Positions 9,596 through 19,861 of a stretch of 64,000 nt of DNA are shown piece by piece (the stretch's first letter is position 1; each line of letters starts with the position of its first letter). The stretch lies in the NCBI GenBank assembly GCA_040901675.1, contig JBBDYJ010000020.1, positions 32,001-96,000 of the forward strand, read 5' to 3'. The translations under genes were made by a program, and so were the position numbers. This DNA is from Pirellulales bacterium (lineage in GTDB: Bacteria > Planctomycetota > Planctomycetia > Pirellulales > JAICIG01). The notes beneath the pieces are model-generated. The model worked only from the letters and a program-made list of their open reading frames with translations. It was not told where the DNA came from and ran no database searches.

Positions 9596-10510
9596 CTAGA
9601 CTTGCTCCAAACGCCGGGCAATCCAGGCCGGCGACGCGAAGCGGCGCAGCAAGCTTTTCAAGTTCGTTTCCATCGTCCTCAACCGGGGATCGGCCTCGGC
9701 GGGCGATGGAGCCGCTTCGTCGCCTGTTGGGCTGGCTTTCAACCCCCCCCATCCGAGCCGAACCGGCCAGTCGTACATGGCCGCCGAGGCATTGAATCGC
9801 TCGGCCACCCGCGCCGCCCAGAGTAGCCCGAAGGCGTCGCGAAAATCGTGCCACAGTCTGTCGAGCGGCCGGACGACCGCCGGACGACGGCGCGCGGCGC
9901 GGGCCGCCAGCACGATTGCCAGCACCAGGCAGGCCAGGCCCAGCAGCGGCCGCCATGGACCCTGTGGCGGCAGACCGAAGGGCAACTGGTCGGACAACAG
10001 GCAAAGCTGGCCGGCGGCAACCAGGCCGCTCGCTAGGCAATAGCGGGTGGGCAGGTGGTTGATCAATCCCACGCCGATCAAGGCCAGCAGGAACCAACTC
10101 CAGGCGGCGTGCAACTCCGGCAGTCGGCTGGCACCGAGAGCCCAACCGCTGCCCACGGGCAACCAGAGCACCACAATCAACGACAGCACGATGAACTGCC
10201 AGGCCTTGTCTTGCGGCCGGCGGGCCCCCAACAGGGCCATCGAGGGAGCCAGCGTCGTGGCGGCCGCCAGGTAGCGGGCATAAGCCAGCCAGGCAGGCGC
10301 GTGGGCCTGCGACCAGGCGGCCGCTGTTTCGACGCCGGCCACTGCTGCCAGGCACCCAAGCGCCCAGACCAAGGGAGCTGCCAGCGTCGTGCCGGCCACT
10401 GCCCGATGGCAACGCAGCAGCACCGCGACGCCTGCCGCAGACAAACCAACGCTCAGCACGGCAGCCGCACCTGGATGGACAACGAAAGCGTCGGCCAACG
10501 TCGAGAGCAT
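9596..10510 (-). CDS. Hypothetical multi-pass membrane protein
   Basis: About 8 hydrophobic segments; LLGARRP and W..FRDAFG..W motifs; co-directional with the phosphatase. Confidence 0.75.
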   Translation of the reverse strand: MLSTLADAFVVHPGAAAVLSVGLSAAGVAVLLRCHRAVAGTTLAAPLVWALGCLAAVAGVETAAAWSQAHAPAWLAYARYLAAATTLAPSMALLGARRPQDKAWQFIVLSLIVVLWLPVGSGWALGASRLPELHAAWSWFLLALIGVGLINHLPTRYCLASGLVAAGQLCLLSDQLPFGLPPQGPWRPLLGLACLVLAIVLAARAARRRPAVVRPLDRLWHDFRDAFGLLWAARVAERFNASAAMYDWPVRLGWGGLKASPTGDEAAPSPAEADPRLRTMETNLKSLLRRFASPAWIARRLEQV

Positions 10511-10879
10511 CAAGCCAGTTGCATCAAAACGGGACGGGTGGAAGAAAGGCGTCGTGCCGGATCTCGCCTATTCTAACGGTTGTGCGGCCTGGGGGCAGGC
10601 ACTGGGGCCAGGCTGAGCGGAGCAGTCGCGTTTCGGCGTAAGTCCAATCGCGGCAAGGCTCCGGCCGTCGACGCTCACCATGTTAAAGCTTGCGGTGTTG
10701 GAAAAATGCAACGGTTGCGTTTGCTCTACCGCCAGTCGTGGGCAATGTTTCTCCAGACGAACGCCGGCCGGCGCCGCGGTGACCAACCCGCGAGCCATGT
10801 GGATCAGGTTTCCACTTTCTGCCGGGCCGGCCTCGTCGCTTTTTGAATCGCCAGACCGAAATCGACAAGGAGTTGAGCC

Positions 10880-11302
10880 ATGCGGTCAGTTTTGAACAGG
10901 GTGGGAATGGTTGCGGCCTTGGTGCTGGGATGCGGTTCGATCCAAGTTGAGGCGTCCGATGCATGGGGCGGACCGGCCTACGGCGGTGCTGCCAGCACGG
11001 CCGCCTTCGGCGGCGGTTACGGGCTTTGGGGGATCGACTACGGGTCGTCGGCCGATTGTTGCAGCGATGTCTGGGACGGCTATTGCGACGAAAGGCATGG
11101 CTGGGGATGCGGGCACGGCCGGCGCCACGGCGATTGCCGCGGATCGCGCCGGCACGGTGGCGGGCTATTCCACCGGCACCGCCGCTGCCACGGTGGCCAT
11201 ACAGGTTCCTGCTGCCACGGTGAAATGGACCACGGCATGGTGCCCGGGCCGCTTGGACCGATCGACGATCCTCCAGCGCCGGTGGCCGACAACGCGGCCT
11301 GA
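10880..11302 (+). CDS. Hypothetical secreted Cys/His/Gly-rich protein
   Basis: SD AAGGAG, N-terminal hydrophobic signal, CCSDVWDGYCDE, His-rich tail. Confidence 0.7.
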   Translation: MRSVLNRVGMVAALVLGCGSIQVEASDAWGGPAYGGAASTAAFGGGYGLWGIDYGSSADCCSDVWDGYCDERHGWGCGHGRRHGDCRGSRRHGGGLFHRHRRCHGGHTGSCCHGEMDHGMVPGPLGPIDDPPAPVADNAA

Positions 11303-11379
11303 GCCTCGGAAACGTGGGCCGCCCGCCGCTGTTGCCTGCTGGGGAGCAAGTGACGCTCTCGCGACGCGGGGATCGGGTT

Positions 11380-11419
11380 AAAAAAAGACGGGCGAACCGA
11401 ATGGTTCGCCCGTTTTTTT
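11380..11419. terminator. Bidirectional intrinsic terminator
   Basis: A7-G-ACGGGCGAACC-GAAT-GGTTCGCCCGT-T6. Confidence 0.85.
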
Positions 11420-11543
11420 GTTACCGGCAGGCTCTTTGGGATTTTGCGGAGAAATCGGCTGGAGCATCGCCATCGGCGTTGCCGATACCGTGAGTACAAC
11501 CTTGCCGGGAGGGCGGGACAAACGTTGTCCCGTTTCAGGATAG

Positions 11544-11585
11544 AGGTCATGGCAATCGACGGATCGAATTGCCATGACCTTTTTT
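11544..11585 (+). terminator. Terminator-like hairpin with no evident upstream CDS
   Basis: AGGTCATGGCAAT...ATTGCCATGACCT followed by a T run. Confidence 0.55.
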
Positions 11586-11810
11586 ACGCGCCCAGCCAGC
11601 CAGCGGCGACTCTTTCTTTGCATCCGGCATGCCGGGGGCGCTGCCACGTTGGTTCGGGCCGTGTCAGTGACAACCGGCGAGGCAGACCCCGATGCCCCGC
11701 TGTTGGGGATGGGTGCGTCTGAACCCGGCTCAACCCAGATTCGTTTTCCACGCCTGCGTTTCGCGCGAGGGGTGATATCTTGCCCCAAGTTGCGCGGGAG
11801 CGGCGCTCTT

Positions 11811-11826
11811 TGGCACCTGCGTTGCA
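11811..11826 (+). promoter_or_regulatory. Sigma54 (-24/-12) promoter
   Basis: TGGCACCTGCGTTGCA, GG-N10-GC spacing. Confidence 0.75.
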
Positions 11827-11909
11827 GGTCGTCCCTAAGTGGTGCGGTGCGTTTTTAATCCCGCACGAAAAAAGAAAATGCACACACGCCGAAGGCGAGG
11901 AGAGAAATC

Positions 11910-13181
11910 ATGTGGCGGAGTATATGCCAATTCAAGGGCTGCCCCTTGGCGGCCGGAGTAGTGGCCTTGGTGTTTGCGACCGGGCAGGTCCTGGCACAGT
12001 CGGACCAAGGAGCGGGAGGAGCCGGCGGGGCTGGTGGGGGTGCCGCAGGGGGGGCCGGAGGTTCCGGCACTGGCCAGGGCGGCTTCGGCGCGCAGGGTGG
12101 CACGTATGGGCAATGGGGTGGTTTTCCGCAACGCCCACCCGCGATGCCTCAGCCGGGTCAATCCGGGTTTGGCGTCGAGGGGGGCCTCGAAGGCCAGGCC
12201 GACTTTGGTGCGGACGGCTTCGGAGGCACGCAGGGAGATTTTGAGAACCGAACCCGTGCCGGTTTCAGACGCGACCGGAGGACGCAATTTGGCACGAACA
12301 CACAGTTCGACAACAACATCCAAGGCGATTTCGACCGTCGCCGAGCTCGGCGGGACCAGGCAAATCGATTCGGCACGGACACCGATTTCGATAACCGCGT
12401 GGTGGGCGGAGGTGTCGACCGGCGCAGCCGGTTCTCACAAGGGCGCGATGGCACCTTCGGCGACTTCGTAGCCGAGCGTGCCGGACGAGCCGCGCGCGGC
12501 CGCTTCGACGACCGGTTCGGGGCTCGGCTCGACGGGGACTTCGACGACGAATTCGGTGATCGGTTCGACGCGGACGTCGACGCTCGCTTCGGCGCGCAAT
12601 TCGACGACGACGAGCAGTTCGACGACCTCGAGGGTCGAGTCTTCGACGAACGTGACTTCGGCGGACGGAGGCCTGGCTTCAGGGACAACCGGCGGAACTT
12701 CGCCAACCGCAGGGCCAGCGACGTCCGCGACGCCGACTTCGACTTCAATCGTTTCGACGATGACTTGGATCGAGTCGACCGGTTCGGCGACGTGAGTGCT
12801 CGCTTCCGCGGCAACCTGCGAAGCTCGTTGGGCCTGGCGTTCGAGCAAGGCGGCGGCAGCGAACTGGTCCTGTCGAACGTCCCGTCGGACAGCCTGGCCG
12901 CGGATGCCGGGTTGCTGGCGGGAGACGAGATCCTCGCCGCCAACGGGCAGCGAATCCGCAACTTCGGCGACCTGGTGAGCATGCTGCGCACCAACCGAAC
13001 GAATGAGCCGATTGAGTTGATCATCGACCGCAACGGCCGGCGGCAAACGGTCACGTTGATGTTGCCGGAAGACTTCCTGATCGGCGGCAGCGCGGGATTC
13101 GACGCCTTCGGCGAACGCGTCAGCAGGGAAGCGCGGCGCCGCAACGCCCTGCGGCGGAGCCAGCCGTTCGGCGACTTCTGA
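11910..13181 (+). CDS. Secreted protein with D/F/R/G-rich low-complexity region and C-terminal PDZ domain
   Basis: Signal peptide; SLGLAF...SLAADAGLLAGDEILAANG...RNG. Confidence 0.8.
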   Translation: MWRSICQFKGCPLAAGVVALVFATGQVLAQSDQGAGGAGGAGGGAAGGAGGSGTGQGGFGAQGGTYGQWGGFPQRPPAMPQPGQSGFGVEGGLEGQADFGADGFGGTQGDFENRTRAGFRRDRRTQFGTNTQFDNNIQGDFDRRRARRDQANRFGTDTDFDNRVVGGGVDRRSRFSQGRDGTFGDFVAERAGRAARGRFDDRFGARLDGDFDDEFGDRFDADVDARFGAQFDDDEQFDDLEGRVFDERDFGGRRPGFRDNRRNFANRRASDVRDADFDFNRFDDDLDRVDRFGDVSARFRGNLRSSLGLAFEQGGGSELVLSNVPSDSLAADAGLLAGDEILAANGQRIRNFGDLVSMLRTNRTNEPIELIIDRNGRRQTVTLMLPEDFLIGGSAGFDAFGERVSREARRRNALRRSQPFGDF

Positions 13182-13374
13182 CCCGGTATGATCCGGCCAG
13201 CGTGTTCGGCGACGGCGCCGGCAGCCTACCGTTCGAGAAGGGAGATTTGCATCAATGGTCCGAACGCCGGCAAAGATCTTGACCGGCTCCGATGCCCTTA
13301 CTTCGGGTGGGCGCCAGGCTTACAATGGGATTGGGCCGACGAGATCGGCCGACTGAATTCCAGAGGAAGCAACG

Positions 13375-15177
13375 TTGCTCGTCGGGCCCGTCTTCACGCG
13401 TGAGTTCGTCACCGCCCCCCGGCGGACCAGGTTGTACGTGGCCCGAGCGGCTTATGTGGCCGCGCTCCTGGTCTTGTTGAGCACTGCCTGGCAGGTGCTG
13501 GCCGGCACGCAGGTGGTTCGCAACGTGGGCGATCTGTCCCGCTTCGGCGCCAGCGTGTTCGCCATCCTGGCCCCCTTGCAATTGGCCATCGTCCTGTTTT
13601 TTTCCTCGTTGTCGGCGGCCAGCGCCGTGGCCGCCGAAAAGGACCGCCAGACGTTGGTCCTGCTGTTGATGACGAACCTCTCCAACGCGGAGTTGGTGCT
13701 GGGCAAGCTGCTGGCCAGCATGCTCAACGTGCTGGTGCTGGTGGCCGCCGCCGTGCCTGTGTTCATGTTGATGGCCCTGCTGGGAGGCATCTCGTTCGAG
13801 CAGATCGGACGCGCCTTCGCGGTGACGCTGGCCAGTGCCCTGGTGGCCGGCAGCCTGGGATCGACCCTGGCGCTGTGGCGCGAAAAGACATTTCAGACGC
13901 TGGCCATGACCGCACTGGCCCTGGTGCTCTGGCTGGCTGCCGGGGAGTTGGTGGCTCAGGGCGCGATGGGCAGCCAGTGGTGGGGAATCTCCACCAGCCA
14001 TTGGGCCATCGCTATCAGCCCCTGGCAGGCCATGCTCGAGGCCACGCGCCCCTTTACGGAGGCGCAGTCAGGGGGATGGCTCTCCAGCCCGGTAAACCAG
14101 TTCCTGCTGGTGTCGTTGGGAGCCGCGCTGGCATTGAACGGCCTGGCCACGGCCATGGTCCGGGTATGGAATCCCTCGCGCGAGGCGCGGCGCGGGGCAC
14201 ACGATCCCCGCTCCGAGAACCACCCGCTCGCCCAATCGCCGGCCGGCCCAGCCACGGCCATGCAGGCCGCAACGGCCGCCGCGCGGCCAATTGCCCGCTC
14301 TCGCCCCGTGTGGGACAACCCGATCATCTGGCGTGAAATGCGGACCTGGGCCTACGGGCGCAAGATGCTGGTGGTGCGAGCAGCGTACCTGGTTTTGTTC
14401 GCCCTGACGGCCGCGGGCATGTACGCGGTGCTCGAACGCTCCGACATGGTGGGGCGCGAGGATGCGGCTTTGGTGCTGGTCCCTTTGCTGATTCTGAGTC
14501 TGGTGCTGGTGAACGCCCAGGCGGTGACGTCGTTGACCAGCGAGCGCGATGCACGGGCGCTGGACCTGCTGCTGGTCACGGACCTGACACCCAAGGAGTT
14601 CATCTTCGGCAAGCTGGGCGGCGTGCTCTACAACACCAAGGAAATGGTGCTTCTGCCGATGGCGCTGTGCGGCGCGATCTGGTATTCCGGCCTGGTCAGC
14701 TTGGAGAACCTGCTCTACCTGCTGGGCGGATGGCTGGTGATGTGCGGATTCGTGGCGATGCTGGGCGTCCACGTGGGGATGAACTACGTGAACTCGAAGA
14801 GCGCGATCGCGGCCAGTCTGGGCACCGTGTTCTTCCTGTTCATCGGCGTGGCGGTCTGCATGCGGATCATGGTGGCCTTCAGCGGCTCGTTCCAGGTGCA
14901 ATTGACGCCGTTTCTGGCGTTCATCATCGGCGGTGGAGCGGGGTTGTACGCGGCCCTGGGCTGGCGCAACCCTTCGGGGGCCATCCAAATGGCATCGATC
15001 CTTTGCCCCTTTGCAATTTTTTACGCCATCACCAGCTTTCTGATCGGCTACACGCTTGGGGTCTTCCTGGTGCTGGCCTTCACGTTTGGCTTCACGACCC
15101 TCACCATGCTGATTCCCGCCCTCTCGGAGTTCGATGTGGCCACCGGCCGGACCAGCGGAGCCGGCGAGGAAGGCTGA
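13375..15177 (+). CDS. ABC-2 type transporter permease with duplicated membrane domain
   Basis: GPVFTRE, EKDRQTL.LLL.T.L...LVLGKL and ERDARALDLLLVTDL...FIFGKL. Confidence 0.88.
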   Translation: MLVGPVFTREFVTAPRRTRLYVARAAYVAALLVLLSTAWQVLAGTQVVRNVGDLSRFGASVFAILAPLQLAIVLFFSSLSAASAVAAEKDRQTLVLLLMTNLSNAELVLGKLLASMLNVLVLVAAAVPVFMLMALLGGISFEQIGRAFAVTLASALVAGSLGSTLALWREKTFQTLAMTALALVLWLAAGELVAQGAMGSQWWGISTSHWAIAISPWQAMLEATRPFTEAQSGGWLSSPVNQFLLVSLGAALALNGLATAMVRVWNPSREARRGAHDPRSENHPLAQSPAGPATAMQAATAAARPIARSRPVWDNPIIWREMRTWAYGRKMLVVRAAYLVLFALTAAGMYAVLERSDMVGREDAALVLVPLLILSLVLVNAQAVTSLTSERDARALDLLLVTDLTPKEFIFGKLGGVLYNTKEMVLLPMALCGAIWYSGLVSLENLLYLLGGWLVMCGFVAMLGVHVGMNYVNSKSAIAASLGTVFFLFIGVAVCMRIMVAFSGSFQVQLTPFLAFIIGGGAGLYAALGWRNPSGAIQMASILCPFAIFYAITSFLIGYTLGVFLVLAFTFGFTTLTMLIPALSEFDVATGRTSGAGEEG

Positions 15178-15180
15178 ATG

Positions 15181-15320
15181 GAGGGCAGAGGGCAGAAGGC
15201 AGAAGGCAGAAGGCAGAAGGCAGAAGGCAGAATAGGAGGCGGGCCGAACGAGGCGGGCCGAACGAGGCGGGCCGAACGAGGCGGGTCTGTCAGGGCGGGT
15301 CTGTCATTGCGGGTCTGTCA
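15181..15320. repeat. Heptamer array (GA[A/G]GGCA x7) followed by six 14-mers
   Basis: AGGCGGGCCGAACG x3 then NNGCGGGTCTGTCA x3; the last TCA is the purF stop. Confidence 0.9.
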
Positions 15321-16952
15321 GACAGCGGGCATTTCGCTGGCGCTGGTCGGGACTGTGGCTTCCGGCGTCTGCTCGTCTCGATCACCCGCTTCGCGCTCGT
15401 AAGTCCGCTGGACCGTTTTGGAGGCGGCGCTGTCCAAAGCGATCTCGTACAACTCCTGCCCGCCTCCGGTCGGATAGCGGCCGGTGATGCAGGCTTGGCA
15501 GAGCTGATCGTGGTCGTAGCCGAGGGCCCGGGCGATCGATTCGACCGGCAAATAGCGGAGCGACTCGGCGCCCAACTGCTTTGCCATGCGGTCCTGCCCC
15601 GCCTGCGTCAGCAGGCCGTCCTCCAGGAAGGAGGGGGCGAACAGCTCGCCGATGGTCGACATGTCGATGCCGTAGAAACAGGGAGCGATAATCGGCGGGC
15701 AGGCCACTCGCACGTGAATCTCGCGGGCGCGGCCCAGCTCACGGATCCGGCTCAACAGCACTTTCATCGTGGTCGACCGGACGATGGAGTCCTCGACGAG
15801 CAACACGCGCTTGTCCTCCAGCACTTCACGCAGCGGCGTGTACTTGGTCTCCGCTTTCCGCTTACGGTTGGTCGAGCCTTCAATAAACGTACGGCCCGTG
15901 TAGCGGTTGCGGATCAATCCTTCCAGCGAGGGAACGCCCAGCCGGAAGGCCATGGCGTCGGCCGCGGCCTTGCTGGTGTCCGGCACGGGGACGACGATGG
16001 TGTCCTCGTCGATGGGCACGGTTTCCAGCCGGGCCAGCTCCTCGCCCAGGGCCTTGCGCGAGAGGTAGACGCTGCGCCCGTCCATGGTGCTGGCCACGTT
16101 GGCAAAGTAGATCCACTCGAAGAAGCAGTGGGCCCGCCGCGGACTGGGAGCAAACCGCTCGATGGAGAAGCGGCCGTCGGTAATGGCAATGGCCTGGCCC
16201 GGCAAGAGCGACTTGATGCTCTCCGGCGAGAAACCGAGGTTCAACAGGGCCACGCTCTCGCTGGCCGCGGCAAACAACGGCCCCTCCAAGGCGTAGCAGA
16301 GCGGGCGGAAGCCGAGCGGATCGCGGGCCACGAGCATGTCGCCCAACGAGTTCAGGAACACCAGGCAATAGGCGCCGTCGAACCTGCGGTCCACGCTGCT
16401 CCACATCTCGATCAGCGACGGCCGGCGATCCCCGGACAGCTCGCGGCTGATCTGGTGCATGATGATTTCGGTATCGTTGTCGCGGGCCAGGTGGTTGTCG
16501 CTGTCGGCCAACAGCTCGCGCCGCAACTGCTGATAGTTGGCCAACTGCCCATTGAATGCAAAGCTGAACCACTTTTGCTTCTGCAAGTGGTGCCGCTCGA
16601 AGGGCTGGGCATAACTGCGGTCCTCGGCCCCACAGGTGGCATAGCGCACGTGCCCGATGGCCGCTCGCCCGGCATATTCCTTCATCAGGCTCTCGTACTT
16701 GCCGCGGTGGCTGAGCCTGAAGACCTCGCTGACGCCGCCCAGGTCCTTGTACGTGTCGATGAGCTGCTTGCGCTGGGGATTGTAGGTGGTGAAGCCGGCC
16801 GAGAGCTGACCGCGGTTCTGGATGTCCAGCAGCATCCGCGGCAGCAGCCGGGAGGCCTCCTCCGGACCTTGCTCCGGACAGAGCGGGCTGGCGCCGCGTC
16901 CCGGCAGGTGGTAGACCGCGGCAATCCCGCACTCGTGGTTCAGTTCGCTCAT
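15318..16952 (-). CDS. purF: Amidophosphoribosyltransferase
   Basis: Propeptide then [42 protein letters not shown]. Confidence 0.96.
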   Translation of the reverse strand: MSELNHECGIAAVYHLPGRGASPLCPEQGPEEASRLLPRMLLDIQNRGQLSAGFTTYNPQRKQLIDTYKDLGGVSEVFRLSHRGKYESLMKEYAGRAAIGHVRYATCGAEDRSYAQPFERHHLQKQKWFSFAFNGQLANYQQLRRELLADSDNHLARDNDTEIIMHQISRELSGDRRPSLIEMWSSVDRRFDGAYCLVFLNSLGDMLVARDPLGFRPLCYALEGPLFAAASESVALLNLGFSPESIKSLLPGQAIAITDGRFSIERFAPSPRRAHCFFEWIYFANVASTMDGRSVYLSRKALGEELARLETVPIDEDTIVVPVPDTSKAAADAMAFRLGVPSLEGLIRNRYTGRTFIEGSTNRKRKAETKYTPLREVLEDKRVLLVEDSIVRSTTMKVLLSRIRELGRAREIHVRVACPPIIAPCFYGIDMSTIGELFAPSFLEDGLLTQAGQDRMAKQLGAESLRYLPVESIARALGYDHDQLCQACITGRYPTGGGQELYEIALDSAASKTVQRTYEREAGDRDEQTPEATVPTSASEMPAV

Positions 16953-17168
16953 TCGGCTATCTGGCGACCCCCGGCGGTGAGGAAATCCAACAAAGCGCAG
17001 GCCCACTCGCCGTCGCCGGCACCGCTTGCCTTGGAAGACCGGCTCGAAACCGGGCAGCTTCCAGGCCCGGCGGAGTGACGCCGCAAGGTATTGTAGGCCC
17101 GCGCAGCCAATTGCTCAACTGGGGCTGGCCCGGCTGGGCGACAGCCGAGCGGAGATCGTCCTTGGAAA

Positions 17169-17268
17169 GTAGCCCTCATCCCGGCGCGCCGGGACGTGAG
17201 GTGCCTCGTAACAAAGTAGCCCTCACGCTCCGCGTGAGGTGCCACGTCACGCGGAGCGTGACGGCTAC
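17169..17268. repeat. GTAG-type REP cluster, family C
   Basis: GTAGCCCTCACGCTCCGCGTGAGG ... CACGCGGAGCGTGACGGCTAC. Confidence 0.75.
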
Positions 17269-17370
17269 CAGCCGCTTGTTGAGCTTGCCACGGCCAAGGT
17301 ATTCTTGACAAGCGGACCCAAGGCGCACCGCCGACCCGCCAGGCGACTCCCAACTCTGATTGAATTGCCC

Positions 17371-18510
17371 ATGACCGACTTGCTGCGGCAGGAGATTGCC
17401 ACGTCGGCCGACACGCTGGTGGTGAAGGTCGGCACACGCGTCCTCGCCCGCCCCGACGGCAAACTGGACGAGTCCCGCGTGGCAACCCTGGCCGAGGAGA
17501 TGCACCAGGTCATCGAATCTGGCCGCCGCATCGCGCTGGTGAGTTCCGGCGCCGTCGCCGCCGGCATGGGATTGCTGGGCCTCGCCGAGAGGCCCCGCGA
17601 CTTGCGCCACTTGCAGGCCGTGGCCGCAGTGGGCCAAAGCTGCCTGGTCCAGACCTACGACCGGGCGCTCAGGGCCTTTGGGAGGCACGCGGCCCAGGTC
17701 CTGCTGACCGCCGACGACCTCGACGACCGCACCCGCTATCTGAACGTCCGCAATACGCTGTTGACGCTGCTGGAATATGGCGCGGTGCCGATCATCAACG
17801 AGAACGACACGGTCAGCGTCGAGGAACTGCAGACCACATTCGGCGACAACGACCGCCTGGCGGCCATGGTAACCAACCTGATCCGTGCGCCGCTGCTGGT
17901 GCTGCTGTCGGACGTCGACGGACTGTACGACGGGGATCCGCGCAGCGAAGCCGCCCGGCTGATTCCCACCGTCACCCGGCTCGACGAATCGGTGTTCGCG
18001 CTGGTCCGCGACCAGCGAACCGGGCTCGGCAAGGGGGGCATGGCCAGCAAGCTCATGGCCGCCCGCATGGCTGCCCTGGCGGGCGAGAACGTGATCATCG
18101 CCAACGGCCGCACGCCGGGCACGTTGGCCCGCATCCTGGCCGGCGAAGTCGTGGGCACGTTGGTGGTAGCGCAAGGCCAGACGGTCCGTTCCTGGAAACG
18201 CTGGATCGGCTTTACTGCTCAACCTCGCGGCCACCTGGTGTTGGACGACGGCGCCCGCCGTGCCATCGAGAAGCAGGGACGCAGCCTGCTGGCCATCGGA
18301 GTGCTCGACGCCGTGGGCAATTTCAAGAAAGGCGACGTGGTGGCCTTGCGTGACAAGGCGGGATGCGAGTTCGCCCGCGGCCTTACCAACTACCCGCTGG
18401 CCGAGGTGCTGCGGATCAAGGGATTAAGGACCGACGCGATTGCGGCGGCGTTGGGGCACCGCCCTTACCCCGAGGTGATCCACCGGGACAATATGGCCCT
18501 GACTTCATGA
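17371..18510 (+). CDS. proB: Glutamate 5-kinase with PUA domain
   Basis: VVKVGT, VSSGAV, INENDTV, FGDND, GGMASK, IHRDNM. Confidence 0.96.
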   Translation: MTDLLRQEIATSADTLVVKVGTRVLARPDGKLDESRVATLAEEMHQVIESGRRIALVSSGAVAAGMGLLGLAERPRDLRHLQAVAAVGQSCLVQTYDRALRAFGRHAAQVLLTADDLDDRTRYLNVRNTLLTLLEYGAVPIINENDTVSVEELQTTFGDNDRLAAMVTNLIRAPLLVLLSDVDGLYDGDPRSEAARLIPTVTRLDESVFALVRDQRTGLGKGGMASKLMAARMAALAGENVIIANGRTPGTLARILAGEVVGTLVVAQGQTVRSWKRWIGFTAQPRGHLVLDDGARRAIEKQGRSLLAIGVLDAVGNFKKGDVVALRDKAGCEFARGLTNYPLAEVLRIKGLRTDAIAAALGHRPYPEVIHRDNMALTS

Positions 18511-18696
18511 ATGTGGGCGGCGGTTGGCTGGCGAGTTGCAGGCCAGCATGGTCACAAGTCATTCTTGACCAGCAGGTGCCCCCGCTGCCGGGATCATCCA
18601 TAGTGCCGGCGCGAGACTTGCAGAAAGCCGTGCAATCGGCGTACCGAGCCGGCCGCCATGGCGGCAACCGCCGCGCCTGGCAGGGCAACAAAGCTT

Positions 18697-18712
18697 TGGC
18701 ACGGCTTGTGCA
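18697..18712 (+). promoter_or_regulatory. Sigma54 (-24/-12) promoter
   Basis: TGGCACGGCTTGTGCA, GG-N10-GC; upstream palindrome TTGCA-N8-TGCAA at 18618-18635. Confidence 0.65.
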
Positions 18713-18777
18713 TCCCTCCAGCACAACAACGGTTCTTTTGATTCTCTTCCTGTTTCCGGCTGGAACCAGGCGGTTTT

Positions 18778-19182
18778 ATGCTCGCAATTCGCTTGGAGGC
18801 GACCGGGGGCCGGGAAACCAGAAGCTTTGGACCCGTGGACCGCTTCCGTATTCATCGCGACATATTGGAAATCCCGGACAGTAACGAGGTCGCCACCTTC
18901 CGGGACGGCTTCTGGCGCGTCGGCGAGGCGAGCTATCTGATGATGCAGGTGGAGGGGCCGACGTGGGTGCATTTTGAGAGCCCCGCGCGGCGATCACCCG
19001 GCTATGGCCCGTTCGACGCGGTCTGCGTTCTGGGAGGAGCGATTCGCGTGGGCAAGTCGGAAAGCCAGCATCTGGCGCAGCGCTACGACCAGTCGGGATC
19101 GTGGCGCATCCACGGCGAGCACGCCCTCTGGCCAACCGCCGTCTTCACCGCCAACGGCAAGCACGGGCCGGCCGAGCCGTAG
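18778..19182 (+). CDS. Hypothetical protein, paralog of 19423..19824
   Basis: 134-aa ORF sharing VHFE..GPF..GAIR.G..QH.LA..W.IHG..W with the next ORF. Confidence 0.75.
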   Translation: MLAIRLEATGGRETRSFGPVDRFRIHRDILEIPDSNEVATFRDGFWRVGEASYLMMQVEGPTWVHFESPARRSPGYGPFDAVCVLGGAIRVGKSESQHLAQRYDQSGSWRIHGEHALWPTAVFTANGKHGPAEP

Positions 19183-19227
19183 AACGGATTCATTCCGTTT
19201 TCCGCCGTAGAACGCAATTCATTCCGT
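19179..19227 (+). repeat. Two tandem GTAG-type REPs, family A
   Basis: GTAGAACGGATTCATTCCGTT and GTAGAACGCAATTCATTCCGT. Confidence 0.8.
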
Positions 19228-19422
19228 GTCGCTTCCCGGCCGGGCACGTCAGAACCACCCCTCTGCTAAAAGTCCCGGTGCCAAGCTTTACGACCGGCGT
19301 CCCGCACGCTACACTACGACACGCTGTGTTCCTATGGCAGGAGGGCAGCGGGCGGCACGGCGTACCCCGGCTTCGAGCGGGGTTATTTTTTGCGCAAAGG
19401 CTTTCAGCACGAGGTCCGAGGG

Positions 19423-19824
19423 ATGCCGATGGTGGTCGTATTGCTCGACGAGCCTGCCGAGACCTCGAAAATCGAGCAACTCGATCGCGTCGCCTCGCTG
19501 CGGATCCAAGGCCGGTCGCTCGAGATGACCGGCCTCAAGCGCCCGCTCGTTTACGAGCGCGGGGCCTGGCACTCGCCGACCCGGTCCTACTCGGTGATCT
19601 CGATCGAGACTCCGGTCCACGTGCATTTCGAGGACCGGCAAGGGCATTCCAAGCGGTTTGGCCCATTTGAAGGCCTCCGCGTGGTGGATGGAGCCATCCG
19701 GCCCGGCAACAATCCGCAACATGTCCTGGCCTGGCTGGAACAGGAGCACTGGGTCTGGCATATCCACGGCGACCCGATCCGTTGGCAAAGCGTGATCTTC
19801 ATCGACGCCAAGCCGCCGGCCTGA
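19423..19824 (+). CDS. Hypothetical protein, paralog of 18778..19182
   Basis: Shared motifs as above; start at ATG 19423 or 19429. Confidence 0.75.
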   Translation: MPMVVVLLDEPAETSKIEQLDRVASLRIQGRSLEMTGLKRPLVYERGAWHSPTRSYSVISIETPVHVHFEDRQGHSKRFGPFEGLRVVDGAIRPGNNPQHVLAWLEQEHWVWHIHGDPIRWQSVIFIDAKPPA

Positions 19825-19861
19825 TGGATTTTTCGGCCTGCCTCGACCATACTGACCTCTT

